Source: the human T2T-CHM13v2.0 reference genome, Homo sapiens
Length of the DNA: 64,000 nucleotides
Direction: 5' to 3' (one strand)
Assembly: GCF_009914755.1 (NCBI RefSeq)
Contig: NC_060927.1
Shown: positions 40,636 to 55,900 of the stretch, piece after piece
Layout: each line of letters opens with the position of its first letter
Position numbering within the stretch: position 1 is the stretch's first letter
Translations under genes and position numbers: made by a program
Notes under the pieces: model-generated
Seen by the model: only the letters and a program-made list of their open reading frames with translations
The model's database searches: none
What the model was told of the DNA's origin: nothing

Positions 40636-41047
40636 TGCCTTTTCCCTTTCTTGATGGCATAATTTGCAGCACAAAAGTTAATTTTGATGAAGTGCAATGT
40701 ATTTTTTTTCTTTTGTCATGTGTGCTTTGCATGTTATATATAGAATCTATTGACTAATTTAAGGCAAGAAATATACACTCCTATTTCTTTTCTAACACTG
40801 CTATAATCTTAGTTGTTACTTTTAGATCTATGGACCCTGTATGTTGTGAGGTAGAAGTCAAGCTGTATTATTTTCATGTGGCTATCCAGTTATCCCAGGA
40901 CTATTTGTTGAAAGACTATTCTTACTCCCACTTAACTGACTTGATACACTTGATTAGTATAGCTTTGTAGTCAGTTTTGAAACGGGAACATATGAGTCCT
41001 TCATATTTGTAATTTATTTTCAAGATTTTTTTGGCTATTCTGAGTTT

Positions 41048-41365
41048 CTTTTCTTTTCTTTTCTTTTCTTTTTTTCTTTTTTTTTTTTTAGATGGAGTCT
41101 CACTCTGTCGCCCAGGAGTGCAGTGGCGCGATCTCCGCTGACTGCCAACTCCGCCTCCCTGACTTAAGTGATTCTCCCATCTAAGCCTCCGGAGTAGCTG
41201 AGATTACAGGCTTGCGCCACCACGCCCAGCTAATTTTTTTATTTTTAGTAGAGGCGCGGCTTCGCCGTGTTGGCCAGGCAGGTCTCGGATCCTGGCCTGA
41301 AGTGATCCGCCCGCTTCAGCCTCCCAAGGGGCTGGGATTACAGGCGTGAGCCACCGCGCCAGGCC
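41048..41365 (-). mobile_element. AluS, unusually CpG-rich
   Basis: Antisense Alu with a 5-bp deletion; TSD ctattctgagtttctt / ctattctgggtttctt. Confidence 0.95.
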
Positions 41366-43475
41366 TATTCTGGGTTTCTTACGTTTCCATGTGAATTTTG
41401 GATCAGCATGTCAATTTCTGCCAAGAAGCCAGCTTGGATTTTGAGAGGGATTGTGTTGAATATGTAGATAAATTTGGGGAGTTTTGCCATTTTAATGATA
41501 AGTCTTCCAATCCATGATGATGAAATAACTTTCTATTAATGTTTATTTTGGTTTTATTTCAATAATTTTTGTTTTCATTAACAAATTTCCAATAACAAGT
41601 CTAGCCTATATTTTGTGATTTTTATTTCTAAGTATTTTATTCTTTTTCATGCCATTGTCAATAGCATTTATTAATTTGGTATTTACATTGTTCTCTGTTA
41701 GTTTATAGAAATAAAATTAATTTTTATATTGACATTGTATCCTGCAAACTTGATGAATAATTTTTATTTGTATATTTCTTAAGAATTCTATGTACAAGAT
41801 AACGTCATCTGCAAATAGAAATAGTTTATTCCTTCCCTTCTAATCTGGATGCACTTTATTTCTTTTTCTTGCTTAATTATCCTGGCTAGAAGATATGGTA
41901 CAATGTTGAGTAGAAGTGGTAAGAGCAAATATTCTTATCCTGTTCCTAATTTTAAAGTGAATCCATTCAGTCTTCTATTATTAGGTACGATGTAGCTGTG
42001 ATTTTTCATAGAAGCACTTTATCAGGTTGAGAAGACTCTTTACTATTCTTAGTTTGTTGAGTCTTTGTATTTTGTTTTGCTTTGTTCATCATGAAAAATG
42101 TTGAATTTTTTCAGTTGTTTTTTCTGTGCTGAGAATATTATGTATTTTTTGTTCTTTAATATATTAATTTGGTGTATCACATTGAATGAGTTTTTATGTT
42201 AAAACAATCTCATATTCCTGGACCAAATCCCATGGATCCATGAAAAATAATCCTTTTTATATTTTGTGGATTTAGTTTGCTAGTATTTTGTTGATAATTT
42301 TTATATCTATATTCATAAGGGATATTGGTGCACAGTTTTCATGTCTTGTGTTATCTTTGTCTGGTTTTACTAGAAGGGCAGTGCTGGCCTCATAGTGTAT
42401 TTTGTCTTCATCTACCTTTTGTAAGATTTTTGTGAATAATGGGTATTAACCATTTACATATTGGTGGAATTCACCAGTAAAACCATCTTGGCCTGAAATT
42501 TTTTTGTGGAAAACCTTTAAATTATTAATTTCTTTATTTGTTTTTGGATATTCAGATATTATACTTTATCTGAAGTCAGTGTGAGCAACTGGTGTCTTTC
42601 TAGGACTTTTAATTTCATATAGGTTTTCTAATTTGTCGGTGTACAGTTATTCGTCACATTTCCCTATGATTATTTTTGTTTCTGTTAGATCAGTAGTAAT
42701 ATCCTCTCTTTTCCTCTATTTTTCTCCTGATTTCAGTTATTTGTATCTTCCTTCTTTTTTATGTAGTTCTAGCTAAAGGTTGATGAATTTGTTGATCTCT
42801 TCAAAGAGCAAACTTTTGGTATCATTAATTTTCTCTATTGTTTTTCTTTTCTTTACATTATTTATGTCTTCCCTAATCTTTGTTATTACTTCCTTTTGTT
42901 TGCTTTGGGTTTTCTTTGCTCTTTTGCTTCTGATTTCTTAGAGTAGAAGAAATAGTAGTACAATGTAGTAGTAGAATATTGATTTGAAATACATCTACTT
43001 TTATATATAGGCTTTTGTAGCTAACAATTTTCCTCTAAGGACTGCTTTGGCTGCATCCTACAAGTTTTGGTATGTTGTGTTTTGTTTTTTTCATCTTAAA
43101 GCATTTTCTAATTTTCCTTGTGATTCTTCTCTGATGCACTGGTTATTTAGAAGATTTTTTAAAAATTTCACATATTTGTAAATTTCTGAAATTTCCTTCT
43201 TTGTTTATTTCTAATTTTAATCAATTGTGGTCAAAAACATATTTTCCATGCTTTTAAGCCCTTTACATTTATTGAGGCTTTTAAAATGCCCTAATACAGG
43301 CACACCTTGAAGAATGTTCTATGTAAACTTGAAAAGAATGCATATTCTGTTGTTGAATGAGAGTTCTCTAAATGTCTGTTAAGTGTAGTTGATTTATATC
43401 GTTGCTCAAGTCTTCTATATGCTTGTTCTATTTGTTTTCTTATGCCTGGTTGTAGTACTGATTATTGAAAGCAAG

Positions 43476-43770
43476 TGTCTTATTCTGTTCAGGCTGCTAT
43501 AACAAAATGAGTTAGACTGAACAGTTTATAAATATACATTTACTTCTCATAGTTCCAAAGGTGGAGAAGTTTAATATCAAGGCACTGGCAGATTTGACAT
43601 CTGGTAAGGGCTCACTCTGTGCTCCATAGATGGTGGTGTGTGATGAATCCTCACATGGAGAAATAACTTTCTCTCACTTCTTTTCTAAAAGCCCCCACGT
43701 CTGAATATATCTCTACATTAATATTCACCACATGAATTTTTGAAGGACACAAACATTCAAACCATAATAG
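43476..43770 (-). mobile_element. MaLR LTR (MSTD/MLT1A-like) nested in L1
   Basis: 'tgtcttattctgttcaggctgctataacaaaat...ggacacaaacattcaaaccataa'. Confidence 0.8.
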
Positions 43771-44008
43771 TGGATACTAAAGCCGTCTACTATAATTGTG
43801 TTGCCTGTTTCTTCCTTTAATTCTGTCACTTTTTACTTTATGCATTTTAGTATTCTGTTGTTTGGTATATTTATGTTTCTAATTGTTATCTTTTATTTAT
43901 AGAATGAATCTTTTATCACCATAAATTATGTTCTTTTGTCTCTACAAAGATATTTACCTTAAACTCTATTTTTCTGATATTAATAGTGCCAATTTAAATC
44001 TACTTTAA

Positions 44009-44458
<450 letters not shown>

Positions 44459-44512
44459 TGACTTCATTAACAGATTAGTATACTTAATCTATTTATATTT
44501 AATGTAGTTATC

Positions 44513-44851
<339 letters not shown>

Positions 44852-47257
44852 TAGTGTAGCATTTTAATTATCTTGTTTCTTTTGATATATTTTTTAAGTT
44901 ATTTTCTTACTGGTTAATATAGGATTAAAATTGGCTTTTTAGCTTAAAATAAAGTAGTTTGGGTTATACTAACTTAAGTATATAAAAATTTTGTTCCAAA
45001 ATACATCCATTACCTCCACCCTCTTTTGTGCTATTGTTGCCATATAAATCATATTAATTTTATACATGATATACATAATTTGTACAGTATTATATCATAT
45101 ATGATATATATGAATTACATATATATTCACAAATACACACACACATAAATACAGTGTAATCCCATCCGAAAGTTTTGTAATTATTGCTTCATGCAATTGT
45201 CTTTTAATTAAATAGGAGAAGAGCTATAAACCAAAACACGTAGATACTGTCTATTATGTTAATCTCTTATGTAATCTAATGGTAGTTACCTTTACCCATG
45301 CTCTTTACTTCTTTACATAAATCTGAGTTACCATCAAGTAACTCAAATTCAGTTCAGCTCTTTCAATTCAGCTGGATTAACTTCTTTTAGCATTTCTTAT
45401 AGCAAGTTTGTCAGTTTTTCTTTAATCTGGTAATGTCTTAATATCTTCCTTATTTTTGAAATATAGTTTTGCTTTATTTAGAATCACTGGTGCTGACAGT
45501 CTTTTTCTTTCAATATTTTGTATATGTCATTGAACTGCCTCCTTCTTGGTTTCTGATAACAAGTTAGCTGTTGATCTTATTGAAAATTAACTGTATGTGA
45601 TGACTTCTTTCTTGCCACTTTAAAGATTCCCTTTGTCTTTGAAAGTTTGATTATGACATTTTTATGTGTGGATCTCCATGATTTTATCTTACTTGAAATT
45701 TGTTGATTTTCTTGACTATGTCAATTAATGTTTTCATTGAATTTTAAAAGTTTTCAGACATTATTATTCATCTTTTTTTAATCTGTACATTTATTTGTCT
45801 ATCTCTTCTTCTGAGGCTTTCACTGGTATGCTTGATAGTGTCCCATAGATCTGCTGTTGAAACCTTTTAATAAATATTTTATTTTAATTATCGTATTTTT
45901 CAACTCTAGAATTTTTATTTTAAACATACTTTTTTACCTCTTTATTGATATATCTGGTGAGACTTTCTTTTAATTGTTGTCATGCTTTCTTTTAATTCCT
46001 TAGATGTGATTTTCTTTTCTTCTGAACATATTTATAATAACTTATTTAAAACATTTGTCTGTTAAATCCAATATCTAGGCTACCTCAGAGATAGTTTCTC
46101 TTGATGTATTTTTTTCTTTGTGTGAGTCATAATTTTCTGTTTCTTGTGTCTCATAATATTAATGAAAATTGTGCACTTAAAATTACATACTGTGGCAACT
46201 CTAGAAATTTAATCCCTCTGCCTCTTTCCCCATAATTGTTGCTATTACTGTTTTTGTTGCTAATGCTGTTGTTCTGATTGTTTAGGAATCTCTTGAACTA
46301 ATTCTGCAATGTGTATATTTCTTACAGGGTGCAGCCGCTGAAGTTACTGCTTGGTTAGCTTGGTGGTCAGCTGAAGATTTGTGAAAGATTTTCTTAAATA
46401 CATAAGGAGCTCTATGTGTATATTTCAGCATGCCTTAAACATTTATGCTATTCACAATTCTGTGTTGGCTTTTGTATCTTGCCTGCAAAAGTCCTCAAGG
46501 TCGTTCAGAATGAAAGAGTTGACCCCTTGCATGTGGTTCCTGGCCATGCACACAGCCCTACACAGAAGTTACCTTTTAGATTCCTTGGAAATTTTCAGGT
46601 TTTAAAAACCCTACTATAGTTGTCTTCAGATTTTTTTTTTTAAATTTTTTGCCAGACCCTTCTTTGTCCTAACTTGTATCACAGCCTCAGGGAACAGCAA
46701 TGTTTATTAACTATTCCTAATGGTTTTTAGGAAATTTTTTGAGGCTAGAACTTTTCTCATAGAACAAGTTCTGAGTCAGATTAAATAATGACAGCACTCT
46801 GTAAAGGGGGTTTTTCCAGGAAGCTGAAAAAGAGGTAAAATAGTGAAAGTGTTCTGGAGGTGGGACTTTTTGGGAAGCTTCAAATATGCTCTGCCCTCTG
46901 TAGGCTGAAAATCTCATTTTTACAGCCACCATTGTTGTAAGACTGCTCTTTTCAAGGCTACTGTGGAGCTGGGCATGGGGATTAGATACTGGCTAAATTA
47001 AAACAAATAAACAAAAAATCTTGCTATTCTTGCTGAGATTGATTATTTTTTCTTAAATAAATGTTCCTCAGAGTGTGGAAGTATTTTCTTAATTTTCAGA
47101 ACTCTGAAAAAGTTGATTTTGACATGTTTCTGCTAGTTTTTTTTGGGGGGGGCAGATATATTTATGAAGATCCTCACTCTACATTCTTCACCTAAAGAGG
47201 AATATTTTAATATAACTGCCTCAGTGTGCACGTATAAAAGCAACTGTTAGGAATAGA

Positions 47258-47895
<638 letters not shown>

Positions 47896-48021
47896 AGGGC
47901 AAGACTACATGGGCTAATAATATTTTACTTAAAACTCAATTTCCTTAGCTGTTTGTTTGTAGCTTATATCAATTTTCTCAACTTGTGATATAAGAATTTA
48001 AAATGGTTTTTACATTATGTG

Positions 48022-48243
48022 TGTTTGTCAAACTATAGCTTGTTGGCCAAGCTTATTCCACCAGATGCTTTTGTAAATTAAGTTTTGTTGGAATTCAGCC
48101 TTGATTATTCATTTATGTATTATCTATGGTTGCCATTGAGCTATAACGCAGAGTTGAATAGTTGAGACAGAGACCATATGGCCTGAAAAACCTGAAGTAT
48201 TTATTAGCTGATTCTTTATATAAAACATTTGCTGACCCTTGCT
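48022..48243. mobile_element. MER58A MITE
   Basis: 'caaactatagc...gttttgttggaattcagcc...gacagagaccatatggcctg...tttgctgaccc'. Confidence 0.8.
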
Positions 48244-48257
48244 TTAAAGATTTGTAG

Positions 48258-48478
48258 ATTAAATTATTTTATAATTATTTTATGTAAAATAATTATAATA
48301 TTATAACACAATATTAAATTATTTATTAATAATTTAATAATAAATTAAATAATAATTATTTAATTTAATTATTATTAATTAAATAATAATTTATTTGATT
48401 ATTATTTAATTTATTTATTTAATAATTAAATATTAAATTATAATAAAAATAATATTAAATTATTTTATGTAAAATACT
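48258..48478. repeat. Near-pure A/T low-complexity tract
   Basis: ~220 nt with only a handful of G/C. Confidence 0.92.
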
Positions 48479-49847
48479 TAGACAAGAGGCTAATACATTG
48501 TAAGTAATTTTCATATTAGTTAAAAGTATTATGAATAGAGACAGTGGAAGAGGAAATATGTCTCATAATTATTTGCATCTGAAACTACTGCAAATAAGAG
48601 AAAAGAACAGTTTCTCACTGCTATCATATTTAGCCAAAAGTAGTTATTCTTCATTTTTCATTAATTTTAAAGTAGAAAAAGCATTTTTGATTTGGGTCTA
48701 TATTAATTCTCACTATGTAAAGCATAATTCTTCCAGTATATTTCAAATTGTGGGTTCTTTACCTAAAACCATTTTTAGAAGTTTCCTTTGCAACTGTTTT
48801 TTTTTTTTAATTATAAAAAGAATGTTAGCTATCCAAATGTGTTTTCAAAAGTTGTCACTCCAAATCCTTGATTTGTAAGTTCTTATGTATGGGGAGACTA
48901 GTAGAAAATTTTAATAGTATCTCAAATGTTGCCAAATATGCCATTGGGTTGATATCTATGCTTTCAGTCTCCCAATAATGGCCTATTTTTTAAATAGGAA
49001 AAGTAGTCTATAAGCAGTTTGTCATGAGGGAATCTATCAGTCTTGATCTCATGTAGTAACTTATAGTCATTACCTCCTAGTGGTTTTAAGTACTGAAGGT
49101 AACTTGTTTAACTAATACAAATGTCTTATGAAATACATGATAGGAGATCATTGACAAGTAGCTACTGTCTTCTCCCTCTAGTTAGAAAAACTTATTTTGA
49201 AATATATTCCGAGCTGTTGGAAAATTTAAGGGAAGTCTCTCTTCTCCTTTTACTTATGCCACATGGATCCAATATTTAGCCAACAATATAGAGTACATAT
49301 TCTGCCAGATGCTGTGGGCATACTGAAATTAACAGTTGGGACTCAATTCTCCAGAAATTAACATTAAACAACTAAATACAGTACAAGATTGAATGGAATC
49401 CACTACCAAGTCAAAGCAGTCATATAATACTGTAAGACAACAGAAGGAAAAAAGGCCAGTCTAACTAGCAAGAGCTGAAAATGCATCACAGATGTGGTAC
49501 CCTTTGATTTGGGCCTTGAGGGATGATTTGGAATAACCAAATACTTGGAATTGAATGGACAGCTTTGCATAACCCATACTCCCACTGACGATTTTATGAA
49601 GAGATTTGGTCAGCACATAAATGAACAGAAATCTGGTGTAACATCAACCTACATACATCCCATAAGGTGTAAACGCTGGGATGATAAAATCTCACTTTAC
49701 CTAAGGCCAGGAAAGGGCCACTCAAAAACTGAAGAGAACAAAGGAAAGATAAGAGCATCCAGAACAACTGAATAAAGAGCATGCTGTCAGGAATAGCAGA
49801 GTTTAAAATATTATATGAGTAAGTCAACTCCATTTAGTGATATAGGG

Positions 49848-52059
49848 TGTATTAGTCATTTTCACACTGCTTTAAAGAGCTGCCTAAGACTGAGTAATTT
49901 ATAAAGGAAAGAGGTTGAATTGACTCACAGTTCTGCATGGCTGAGGAGGTTTCAGGAAACTTATAATCATGGCAGAAGGGGATGCAGGCATGTCTTACAT
50001 GGCAGCAGGCAAGATAGAGAGAGTGTATGAGTGAAGAAGGAACTTGCCAAACACATAAAACCATCATATTTCATGAGAACTCACTCACTATCACAAGAAC
50101 CTCATGGGGGAAACTGCCCCCATGATCCAGTCATCTCCCACCAGGTTTCTTCTTCAACACCTGGGGATTACAGTTAAAGATGGGATTTGGGTGGGGACAC
50201 AAAGCCTAACCATATTATTGCACCCCTGGCCCCTGCCAAATCTCATGTCCCTTTCATATTTCAAAACCAATAATGCCTTCCCAACAGTCTTAATTCATTC
50301 CAGCATTCATCCAAAAGTTCAAGTCCAAAGTCTCATCTGAGACAAGGCAAGTCCCTTCCACCTAGGAGCTTGTAAAATCAAAAATAAGTTAGTTACTTCC
50401 AAGATACAAGGAGGATACAGGCAATGAATCCTATTCCAAGTGGGAGAAATTGGCCAAAACAAAGAGGCTACAGGCCCATGCAAGTCCAAAATCAAGTGGG
50501 GCAGTCATTAAATCTTAAAGCTTCCAAATAATATCCTTTGACTCCACGTCTGACATCCAGGTCATGCTGATGCATGGGGTAGGCTCCTTCAGTCTTGGGA
50601 AGCTTCAACTCTGTGGCATTTTAGGGTACAGCCTGCCCATGGCTGCTTTCACTGGCTGATGTTGAGTGTCTGTGGCTTTTCCAGGAGCATGGTGTAAGAT
50701 GTCAGTGGATCTACCATTCTGGGGTCTGGAGGATGGTGGCCCTCTTCTCACAACTCCACTAGGCAGTGCTCCAGTGGGGACTCTGTGTGGGGGATCCAAC
50801 CTCACATTTTCCTTCCATACTGCCCGAGCAGAGGTTCTTCATGAGGGCTCCGTCCCTGGACCAAATTTATGCCTGGACATCCAGCCATTTTCATTCATCC
50901 TCTTAAATCTAGGTGGAGGTTTCCAAACCTCAATGCTTGACTTCTGTGCACCTGCAGGTCCAACACCACATGGAAGCCACCAAGGCTTGGGACTTGCACC
51001 TTCTAAAGCAATGGACTAAGCTGTATATTTGTACCTTTTAGGCATGGCTGAGGCACAGACCTCCAAGTCCCAAGACTGCATGAAGCAGCCAGGCCCTTGG
51101 CCTGGCCCAGGAAACTGTTTTTTCCTCCTAGGCCTTGAGGCCTGTGATGGGAGGGGCTGCCATGAAGACCTTCGACATGCCCTGAAGACATTTTCCCCAT
51201 TGTCTTGTTGATTAACATTTGGGTTCTTGTTACTTATGCAAATTTCTCCAGCTGGCTTGAATTTCTTCCTAGAAAATGGGTTTTTCTTTTCTATTGCATC
51301 ATCAGGCTGCAAATTTTTCAAACTTTCATATTCTACTTCGCTTATCAACATAAGTTCCAATTTCAGATCATGTCTCTCACATTCAAAATTCCATAGATCT
51401 CTAGGGCAGGAGCTAGTCTCTTTGCTAAAGCACAGCAAAAGTGACTTTTACTCCAGTTCCCAATAAGTTCCTCATTCCATCTGAGACCACCTCAGCCTGG
51501 ACTTTATTGTTCACATCACTGTTAGCATTTTGATCAAAGCCATTAAACAAGTCTCTAGGATGCTCCAAACTTTCCCACATCTTCCTGTGTGCTGAGCCCT
51601 CCAAACTGTCCTGTTACCTAGTTCCAAAGTTGTTTCCACATTTTTGGGTATCTTTATAGCAGTGCCCTACTACCTCAGTACTAAATTATTGTATTGTATT
51701 AGTCGTTTTCACACTTCTATAAAGATCTGCCTAGGACTGGGTACTTTATAAAGGAAAGAGGTTTAATTGGCTCACAGTTCCACATGGCTGGGGAGGTTTC
51801 AGGAAACTTATAATCATGGTGGAAAGGGAAGCAGGCACATCTTACCAGGCAAGATAGAGAGAGCGTGTGAGTGAAGAAGTAAGATGCCAAACACTTAAAA
51901 AACCATCAGACCTCATGAGAACTCACTCACTATGATGAGAACAGAATGGGAAAAACCACCCCCATGATGTAGTCACCTCCCACCAGGTTCCTCCCCCAAC
52001 ACCTGAGGATTACAATTTAAGATGAGATTTGAGTGGGGACATCAAGCCTAACCATATCA
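49848..52059 (-). mobile_element. Full-length ERVL-MaLR (THE1D/MSTA-type): LTR 49848-50217, internal region, LTR 51695-52059
   Basis: Two similar ~370-bp LTRs (tgtattagtc...ccatat(t/c)a), a THE1/MST internal region, and a 5-bp TSD taggg/taggt. Confidence 0.95.
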
Positions 52060-52214
52060 TAGGTCCTCTAAAAATAAATTCAGGAATCAATCAGTCCACA
52101 TGGAGAGAAAAGCCTAAGCTTAAAGACAAAATGAAAGAACACGATGTAATTAAAAGGGATGCTAGCCTAAATAAGAAACAATATCACCGGTGGCATCTAC
52201 CTTCTACTTAAGAT

Positions 52215-54050
52215 GTAGAAATCGGAAAATAATATTCTTTCCATGTAACAGCATGAATAATGTGTATAATCTACAAAACCACACATTTCCTTGAGAGTTG
52301 ATGTCACAAGGTAACAAAAGCCCCTGAAATTTATGTAAAGACAAGTGCCTTCAAGGAGAGACAGAACATAAGCACTGGCTCAACTAGGCAAAGTGTGGGA
52401 GGAAGAGAAAATTACCACAAAAGTGAACAAGAAGAATTCAGCTACAATTTTTAGCTATTTAAAGACTGAGTATGGGTTACCAGGAAAGTTTGAAACTCCA
52501 AAATGCTGCTGAAAAACGAGAGTTTGCATTCATTTACGGGTTCTACTGCATAGAACTTTACTAAGTTCTCACAGGAAAAATTGGGGTTATAGCAAAAGAC
52601 TGGAGAAAGCTTCTTTTACTGGTGCAGGCGTGGTGAAGGGGAGTGGTTGCTGCTGCAGTAAAGACACAAAGCACTGTCTGGCTTTGTTTTCCCTAAAAAA
52701 CAGTGAGTCTTGCCACCTCTAAAACACTGTGGCTGGGGAAAGGAAAATGGAAAACCACTCTGTGCCTAGGGCAGGGGCAGAAATCAATTCTAGCCCCAAA
52801 TTATTAGCCTCAACATTCTCCTAGGACAGAGTAAATAATCAGCAAGCAAGATTTATCCCTAGAATTCAGAGACACAAAATGAAGCAGGAACAGAACAACC
52901 AAGTCTTCCTGCCTACTACCATTAGTGGGGCCAGTCTCAAGTAATATGGGTGAATTAGTTAGGCAAGACTATGGCGAAAGAGCTTTTATGAAGCATAAAC
53001 ACACAGAGAAGGCCTAAACTTGAGGAGAAAGCAAATACTGAGTGAAACTCTTCATATCAGCTGCCCCCTCCACCCCTCAGCACTGGCCACCACACAAATT
53101 AACACTGGAGGAATTGGAAACTGGTGGTAACCACAGGAAAAACAAAACACAAGCCTAACTAAATTCCTTTCTAGATTAAATCACCACCCCTCCATTACCT
53201 AAGCAAATGCTAAAAGCCTAGCATGCAAAAGAGTATGTGCCCATTTTCAGGTGAAAATACTAATTACCTCAGTCTCAATTGGCCTACATAAGAGGTATAT
53301 CTTAAATAAAAATTTATGAGATACACAAAACCAATAAAAAAAATCTGAAAAGAAAAAATATCAATGTAATCACACTAATAGGCAATGTGGATATAGGTAC
53401 TCCAAGACAAAGAATTTAGAGCAGCTATGATTAATACATTAAAGACTAGTAAGAAAGTTAGAAAGAATGAAGAGATGTGAAATTTTAGCAGAAAATGAAG
53501 AAACAATATGTCAGATGCAGCTAAAAGATAACAAAAAGGATATTTATAGTATGAAATGCTGTATTAAAAAAGGAAAAATCTCAAATACATTATTTAAAAT
53601 TCCAATTCAAGAATCTAATAAGAAAGAACAAATTAATTTCACACCAAGCAGCCAGAATAAAATAAATGGTGAAAGCATAAATCAGCAAAGTTGTAAACAG
53701 AAAAACAATTGGGAGATCAATGAAACCAGAAGTTTGTTCTTTGAAATAATCAGTAAACTGATAAATCTTTGCCAAGAAGAAAAAAGAGAAAAGCAAAGAA
53801 ACAAATACACAAAAATATTTGGAATGAAGAAAAAATCATAACATCATACAAGCATTAAAGATAATAAGAGAATATTATGATCAACTTTATGCACATTATT
53901 TTGTCCAGTTAGAAATTCTTTGAAAGATAAAAACTATCAAAGCTCACTTGAGAAGAAATATATATCCTAAAAAGATCTATTAAAGAAATTGGGTTTATGT
54001 TTAAAAATATTTCAGCAACAACAACAACAAAATTACAGGTACAGATGGCT
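52215..54050 (+). mobile_element. Old L1M 5' region and ORF2 remnants
   Basis: A-rich sense L1 ('tcaatgaaaccagaagtttgttctttgaaataatcagtaaactgataaa', 'ataagagaatattatgatcaactttatgc'). Confidence 0.65.
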
Positions 54051-54104
54051 CAGTAGAATATTCAATAAAATAAAACATTTAAGAAAGAATGCCATTTCTA
54101 AATA

Positions 54105-54660
54105 TTTACATTTGAATGTCCACTTTTTTCAATACCATTTTTTGAAAGTCTATTTTTCTTCATTGAATTTATTTTGATGCCTTTTTTCAAAATTAAATAA
54201 TTCTATCAGTGTGAGTCTATTTCTGGACTCTCTATTCCATTCCAACCTATGTATCTAATATTTTGCCAAGAGTATACTGTCTTCAAGTACTGTTGCTTTA
54301 CAGTAAACTCTGATATCAAGTATATCTAATGCTCCATTTTTAGCCATCTTCTAAAGTTGTTTTGGGGTATTCTGGTTTCTTTATCTTTCTATATAAATTT
54401 CATAATTGTTTTATCAGCATCTATTCAAAATCCTGCCAGCATTTTAACTGGAATTCTGCTGAATTGTACGTCAGTTCGAAATTGATATGTAAATAATATT
54501 ATTCTTAAAATACACGAAAATGTACATACATATATCTAACTATTCTTTTATATCTTTCATTGTTAGTGTTTTATAATTGCCAGCATATTGATGCTTAAAG
54601 TATTTTGTTATATTTTCACCTACATATTTCATATTTTGGTGCTTCTAGAAATAATACTGG
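54105..54660 (-). mobile_element. Old L1M ORF2 remnant (antisense)
   Basis: 'caataccattttttgaaag...tctatttctggactctctattccattcc'. Confidence 0.7.
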
Positions 54661-54661
54661 G

Positions 54662-55222
54662 TTTTTAAAAACCACTTTATTGAGTTATGTTTGACATGAA
54701 AAACGTTATACCTATGCAACTCAATGAGTTTGGGGATAATTATACACCTGTGAAACTATCACTACCATCAAGGCCATAAACATCTCTACCACCTCCCAAA
54801 CTTTCCTCTTGCTGTTTTATTATTATTATCATTATTTCTGTGTGAGTGGTAAGAACATTTAACATAAGACCTACCTTCTTAGCAAGTTTTAAGTATACAA
54901 TACAGTATTGTTAACTGCAGGCACTATGCTGGACAGTATATCTCCAGAACATATTTTTCTTTTATAACTGAAACTTCCTACTGTTTGGCCAACATTTCCC
55001 AATGTCCCGTCCCCCCATCACCTGGCAACTACGTTTCTACTCTTTGTCTCTATGAATTTGACTTTTTTGGATTTTACATATAAGTGAAATTATGCAGTAT
55101 TTGTCTTTTTGTATCTGGCTTATTTCACTTAGCATAATGTCTTCCAGGCCCATCTATATTGTTGTGAATGGCAGGATTTCTGTTTTTCAAGGCTGAATAA
55201 TATTCCATTGTGTACATATATG

Positions 55223-55260
<38 letters not shown>

Positions 55261-55412
55261 CACACACCACATTTTCTTTATCCACTTATCTATCAATGGA
55301 CTTTTAGCTTGTTTCCATTATAAATAATGCTTCAATGAATAAGGGTGTGTAGGTATCTCTTCAAGATCCTATTTAAACTACTTTGGATGAATACATAGAG
55401 TAAGTTTGCTGG
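54662..55412 (-). mobile_element. L1MA/MB 3' end
   Basis: 'ctttattgagttat...ggtaagaacatttaacataagacctacc...ggcttatttcacttagcataatgtcttccagg'. Confidence 0.88.
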
Positions 55413-55612
55413 ACATGATAAGTGTTAATATTCAAAATATATGCAGAAATTACACAACTCGATGACATACAACAAATAACCCAATTCAAAAATGGGCGGA
55501 AAACCTGAACAGACATTTTTTCTAAGAAGATGTACAAATAGCCAACAGGTACATGAAAAGGTATTCAATCCCGGTAATCATTAAGGAAATGCAAATCAAA
55601 ACCACCATGGAG
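55413..55612 (+). mobile_element. L1 ORF2 fragment in opposite orientation to the adjacent L1 3' end
   Basis: 'aacagacattttttctaagaagatgtacaaatagccaacagg...gaaatgcaaatcaaaaccacc'. Confidence 0.85.
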
Positions 55613-55900
55613 AGCCAGGTACAGTGGCTCATGCCTGTCATCCCAGCACTTTGGGAGGCCAAGGTAGAAGGATTGCTTGAAGCCAGGAGTTCAAAACTAG
55701 CCTAGACAACATAGCAAGACCTCATCTCTACAAAAAATTCTACAAATAATTGTTTTTCATTAGCTAGGTGTGGTGGTGTACAACTGTAGTCCCAGCTACC
55801 TAGGAAGCTGAGGTGGGAGGATTCCTTGAGCCAAGGCGTTAGAAGCTGCAGTGAGTTAGGTTCATGTCACTGCTTTCCAGTTGGGTGATAGAGCAAGATC
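55613..55900 (+). mobile_element. AluJo-like, lacking a poly(A) tail
   Basis: Diverged sense Alu ending at 'gagcaagatc'. Confidence 0.92.

Noticed and set aside
50104-51466. Cluster of 60-140 aa ORFs
   Set aside because: All lie within the MaLR LTR or internal region; degenerate retroelement sequence.
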